Of a stretch of 64,000 nt of DNA, positions 60,455 through 64,000 are shown one piece after another. A model generated the notes under the pieces. The model saw only the letters and a program-made list of their open reading frames with translations. It made no database searches and was not told the DNA's origin. The translations under genes and the position numbers were made by a program. Position 1 is the first letter of the stretch. The number at the start of each line of letters is the position of its first letter. The DNA is from Myxococcota bacterium. GTDB taxonomy: Bacteria; Myxococcota_A; Polyangia; Nannocystales; Nannocystaceae. The stretch is from contig JBCCHT010000027.1 in NCBI GenBank assembly GCA_039028615.1, forward strand, positions 64,001 to 128,000. Reading direction: 5' to 3'.

Positions 60455-61477
60455 ATGCCCGTCTCTTCCCCGACGAAGTCCCTCGCCCGCTCTCTCCTGC
60501 CCCTGGCCGCGCTGGTGGTCAGCACGGTCGGGTGTCGCCCCACCGAGATCCACATCCTCGCCGCCCCCGGGACCGAGGTCGTCACCACGGGTCAGGGGGT
60601 CGAGATCATCGAGGTCGACCATGGCTTCGATACCTCGTCGCACGGCGAAGCCCCGCCGCCCGCGATGGCCAGCGGCTCGCGAAACTTCCTGTGTGACCGC
60701 AACCAAGTGCTCCGCGTCGACGGCTCCGCATACTGTGCCTCCGAAGGCAGCATGAACTGGGACAGCGCGCGCCACTACTGCGAGTCGCGAGGGGCCCGCC
60801 TCGCCGAGTTCGACTCGCCGCAGCACATCGAGCAGACCACGTCGTTGCTGTCGCACGGTCTGTCCATAGACTTCGTCTGGGTCGACCTGCAGCTTGGCGG
60901 CCGCGGTTGGGAGTGGAGCCGCACCCGGACCCCGCTCGGCGGCAACAACCACCGCTGGCTCCCCGGAGAGCCCAACAACTCGGGCGGCCAGGAGCACTGC
61001 GGCGCCCTGTCGACCGTCCGCGGCGGGCTCAACGACGCCCGCTGCCACAGCGAGCACTCGGTGCTCTGCGAGATTGGCCCGCGCTCGCGCGGGTGCTCGG
61101 GCCTCACCGTGCGCACCACGGGCGGCAACTACTGCATCCTCGAGCAGCGGGTCACCTTCGACGACGCCGCCGCGATGTGCCACGCCTCGGGCCACGAGCT
61201 CGCCGGTCTCGAGAGCGGCCACGAGTTCGACGCCGTCGTCGAGCACACCTCCTCCCCCATCCGCGCCAACAGCGTGTGGATCGGCCTGAACGATCTGCAC
61301 CAAGAGGGCAACTGGCGCTGGAACTCGGGGCGCACCAGCTTCGGCTGGCTTCCGAACGAGCCCAACGACTCCCACAACGACGAGGACTGCGCCGAGCTGC
61401 TCGTGCGGGCCAACGGGATCAACGACTCGCGCTGCCACGGCCGCAAGCCCGCGCTGTGCGAGTTCCGGGCGCGGTAG
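60455..61477 (+). CDS. Lipoprotein with two C-type lectin domains (paralog of the preceding gene)
   Basis: TVG-C; GEPNN, LNDARC; WIGL, NEPND, INDSRC. Confidence 0.88.
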   Translation: MPVSSPTKSLARSLLPLAALVVSTVGCRPTEIHILAAPGTEVVTTGQGVEIIEVDHGFDTSSHGEAPPPAMASGSRNFLCDRNQVLRVDGSAYCASEGSMNWDSARHYCESRGARLAEFDSPQHIEQTTSLLSHGLSIDFVWVDLQLGGRGWEWSRTRTPLGGNNHRWLPGEPNNSGGQEHCGALSTVRGGLNDARCHSEHSVLCEIGPRSRGCSGLTVRTTGGNYCILEQRVTFDDAAAMCHASGHELAGLESGHEFDAVVEHTSSPIRANSVWIGLNDLHQEGNWRWNSGRTSFGWLPNEPNDSHNDEDCAELLVRANGINDSRCHGRKPALCEFRAR

Positions 61478-61921
61478 CTACTCGTCGAAGCGCGTGGCAC
61501 CCATCCACGCCACCCACAGGATGACGACCACGATCGCGCCATAGAGCGCGACGAGCGGGCCCGCCTGGGGGTGGCGGTCGGGCATGCCGGCCGCGAGCCA
61601 CTGCTCGTAGCCACGCATGATGGATAGCGCGTCCACGTAGACGACGAAGCCGGCCCCCAGTACCCCCATCACGACCGCGAGTACGGCGGGCAGCCGCGCC
61701 CTCAAAAACCACAGCGCGAGGCCAGCGGCAGCGACGAGGCCGTGGAAGGGCAGCTGCGCCATGGGCTCGAAGCCGGAGTGGCCCGAGCCGTTGCTCAGGC
61801 AGTAGAGCGCGAACAGAGCCGTGACCGCCCCGCCCGTGAGCGCGGGGAGGAACATCCACCAATCGTCGCTACGGCGCGGCGGGGACACGAAGCGAAAGGG
61901 TCTCGGGGTATCCGCGGGCAT
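61478..61921 (-). CDS. Hypothetical four-TM membrane protein
   Basis: Four hydrophobic segments; its stop abuts the lectin gene stop. Confidence 0.65.
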   Translation of the reverse strand: MPADTPRPFRFVSPPRRSDDWWMFLPALTGGAVTALFALYCLSNGSGHSGFEPMAQLPFHGLVAAAGLALWFLRARLPAVLAVVMGVLGAGFVVYVDALSIMRGYEQWLAAGMPDRHPQAGPLVALYGAIVVVILWVAWMGATRFDE

Positions 61922-62069
61922 GGATCGATCGACGCGAGCGTTTCGGGACCTACGCCCCAGCCGCCGCGCGGCTTCCAACCCCCAGCATGTTTCGAGGGCC
62001 CCGCGATCGCAACGGCGAAAATCGTACGCTGCGATGAAAGATTTTCCGGGGCCGCGTCATACCGTGGCC

Positions 62070-63041
62070 ATGCCGACCCGGATGGTTGTCTCCCTCTTGC
62101 TCCTCACGTCTGCGCTCGGGTGCGACCGAGCCAAAGAAGCGTCGAAGACCGAAGCGAAGACCGAGACGAGTGCCAAAGCCAAAGCCAAAGACGCGACCGC
62201 GGACGAATCGAAAGCCAAGGGCGAAGCCAAGACCGAGATCGTCCTCCATCGCCCCTTCAAGGTCGGGGACGAGTATGCCTTCGAGGGCAGCGGGAGAGAC
62301 GACAAGGTGCGGACCGTGCTCGTCGGCGGTGAGACGGTAGAGGGCAGCACGGAGTCCTTCACCGTGGCCCTGAAGGCCGACGCCATCGTGCACGAGGTCA
62401 ACGCCGAGGGGCAGCCCACCCGCACGGAGTTCAAGGTCCGAAGCTGTACGCCTGTCGACGATCCTTCGGTCACGCTGCTCGACGAGGGAGACGTGTTCAT
62501 GGTCCTGGCCACCGACGAACCGGGGGGCGGCAACATCGTGTTCCCCCCCGGCATCGGAGGCCCGGACATGGTGGAGCACATGGAGCTGCTCATCACCACC
62601 AACTTCGGCCCGACCGACGACGAGCTGTACGGAACGAAGGGAGCGGTATCGGTGGGCGACTCGTGGTCCATCAATCGCAAGGAGGCCGCGGCCGAGCTGT
62701 CGAGCGGGAGCAACACCGCCACCCCCGACCAGGTGAAGGGCGAGATGACCTTCAAGGGGACCGAAGACGTCGACGGAGAGGCCTGTCAGCGGTTCTCCTC
62801 GGAGATGACGGTCACCGACATGGACATGGGCACGCTACCGCCCGGGACCAAGGCCGACAGCGTCGTCCTGACGGCAAAGCAAGACCGCGTGCTGCCCGTC
62901 GACTCCAGCAAGCACTCGCGCGGCGGCTCGCAGGAGTTCTCGCTGAAGATGGTCCTGCAGATGCCAACGGAGAGCGGTCAGATGCAGACGGTGAAGATGG
63001 AGCGGACCTCCAAGGCGACGATCAAGCTCAGCCCCAAATAG
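62070..63041 (+). CDS. Beta-rich lipoprotein of unknown function
   Basis: ALG-C lipobox, Lys/Ala linker, VSVGDSW motif. Confidence 0.75.
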   Translation: MPTRMVVSLLLLTSALGCDRAKEASKTEAKTETSAKAKAKDATADESKAKGEAKTEIVLHRPFKVGDEYAFEGSGRDDKVRTVLVGGETVEGSTESFTVALKADAIVHEVNAEGQPTRTEFKVRSCTPVDDPSVTLLDEGDVFMVLATDEPGGGNIVFPPGIGGPDMVEHMELLITTNFGPTDDELYGTKGAVSVGDSWSINRKEAAAELSSGSNTATPDQVKGEMTFKGTEDVDGEACQRFSSEMTVTDMDMGTLPPGTKADSVVLTAKQDRVLPVDSSKHSRGGSQEFSLKMVLQMPTESGQMQTVKMERTSKATIKLSPK

Positions 63042-63045
63042 CGAA

Positions 63046-63085
63046 GAGCCCGCCTCCCGAGCGATTGACTCGAGACGGCGGGCTC
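63046..63085. terminator. Hairpin between convergent genes
   Basis: gagcccgcc (63046-54) pairs with ggcgggctc (63077-85). Confidence 0.55.
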
Positions 63086-63107
63086 GTTCAGCCCAGCGCG
63101 GGCGGGC

Positions 63108-63959
63108 TCAGCTCTGGGTGTTCATCCACAGTCGCTGGGTGTTGCCCGGGCGGTGCTCGACCCGATGCAACGTCAGCTTGGCGCCCTGCTCGATCTCGTC
63201 TTGCAGGGCTCGAATCGCGCCCGGGTTGTCCGAGTCGACGAAGCGATCACCGCCCTCGGTCGGCCGTCGCCAGCCCGGCATCAGCGGCGCCGAGACCCGG
63301 TCGTCGGCGGAGTCGATGCGGTACGTGAAGGTCTCCACGTGGGTGTGCGCGGGCGTGTAGGCGTTGAGCAGGTGCATCTCGCCGAGCGCCAGGTGCAGGT
63401 TGATGCTGGTGCTGGACCACTGGGTGGCCCCGTACTGCTTCTTCACCCGCGCCACCTGGGTGGCGTAGCTCTTGGTGATCGTACCGAGCCCCGAAAGCGG
63501 CTCCGTCTGGGCGACGTAGTTGCTGGAGCTGAGGTTGTGGCCGAACCACGCATCCTGCTCGCCGCAGCGGATCGCGACCCACATCGAAAGCGGCACGAAC
63601 ACCTCGTTGTTCGAGGGGCCGAGCACGTCGTAGGCCCGCCGCAGCTCGTCGCCCAGCTCCTTGGCCTTGCGCCCGAAGCCGAACACGATGCCCGGGAACT
63701 CGCCGCAGTCGAAGAGCACCCAGCGCGGCATGAGCATCTCTTGGCCGCCGAACGAGAAGGCGTCGAGGCGGTGCAGGCCGTCGATGACCTCGCGGCTGCG
63801 CATGCGGGTCGGGTCGTAGGTCCGCTCGTCGCTGATCTCGAGCCCGAAGGGTTTGAGGTTGAGCGCCCCGTGGTTGCCCGGGTACGTGACCAGGTACGGC
63901 TCGCAGGTCTCGAGGATCCGCTGGTACTTGGGCGCGAGGTCCTTGCGCGCTAGCTCCAC
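63108..63959 (-). CDS. Hypothetical protein, possible divergent GNAT fold
   Basis: 283 aa with strong GC3 bias; LSGLGTITK and ATQWSSTSINLHLALG resemble GNAT motifs A and B. Confidence 0.65.
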   Translation of the reverse strand: MELARKDLAPKYQRILETCEPYLVTYPGNHGALNLKPFGLEISDERTYDPTRMRSREVIDGLHRLDAFSFGGQEMLMPRWVLFDCGEFPGIVFGFGRKAKELGDELRRAYDVLGPSNNEVFVPLSMWVAIRCGEQDAWFGHNLSSSNYVAQTEPLSGLGTITKSYATQVARVKKQYGATQWSSTSINLHLALGEMHLLNAYTPAHTHVETFTYRIDSADDRVSAPLMPGWRRPTEGGDRFVDSDNPGAIRALQDEIEQGAKLTLHRVEHRPGNTQRLWMNTQS

Positions 63960-64000
63960 GATGCGCCCTCCATGAGCAGGAGCATCAGCGCCTTCTGGGC
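63950..64000 (-). CDS. 3' end of an upstream gene, possibly ornithine carbamoyltransferase-like
   Basis: Reads ...AQKALMLLLMEGASWS*, similar to the OTCase C-terminal NRLHAQKAL; only 16 codons are visible. Confidence 0.35.
   Translation of the reverse strand, partial: AQKALMLLLMEGASWS

Overview
This is a very GC-rich, gene-dense chromosomal window that looks myxobacterial (probably Nannocystaceae-like). The evidence is a MYXO-CTERM protein, a Myxococcales-type sigma factor, a CglF/GltF-like protein, an FHA-sigma54 activator, a Ser/Thr kinase-ECF module and many Cys-rich lipoproteins. It holds about 55 CDS, including tatB/tatC, tadA, tex, an aidB-like dehydrogenase, six sigma-70-family factors, a PilY1-like adhesin, KirBac and bestrophin channels, and a cluster of lectin-like lipoproteins. 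I found no rRNA, complete tRNA, CRISPR array or transposase. The main finding is an apparently undescribed RiPP-like operon on the minus strand at about 29.1-33.2 kb. It runs: ECF sigma, a 394-aa HDxxH...E metalloprotein, a 504-aa SelO/MchC(MceJ)-like adenylating enzyme, three tandem 47-52-aa precursor peptides, then a terminator hairpin. The peptides share a double-glycine-type leader (LSDLxxVRG[G/A]) and a Lys-rich core with CxC. The ORF track missed one peptide and mis-started the other two. A second oddity is a membrane-tethered ECF sigma whose C-terminal tail resembles the nearby CglF/GltF-like protein. All family assignments come from motifs recognised by eye, not from database searches, and many start codons are best guesses.
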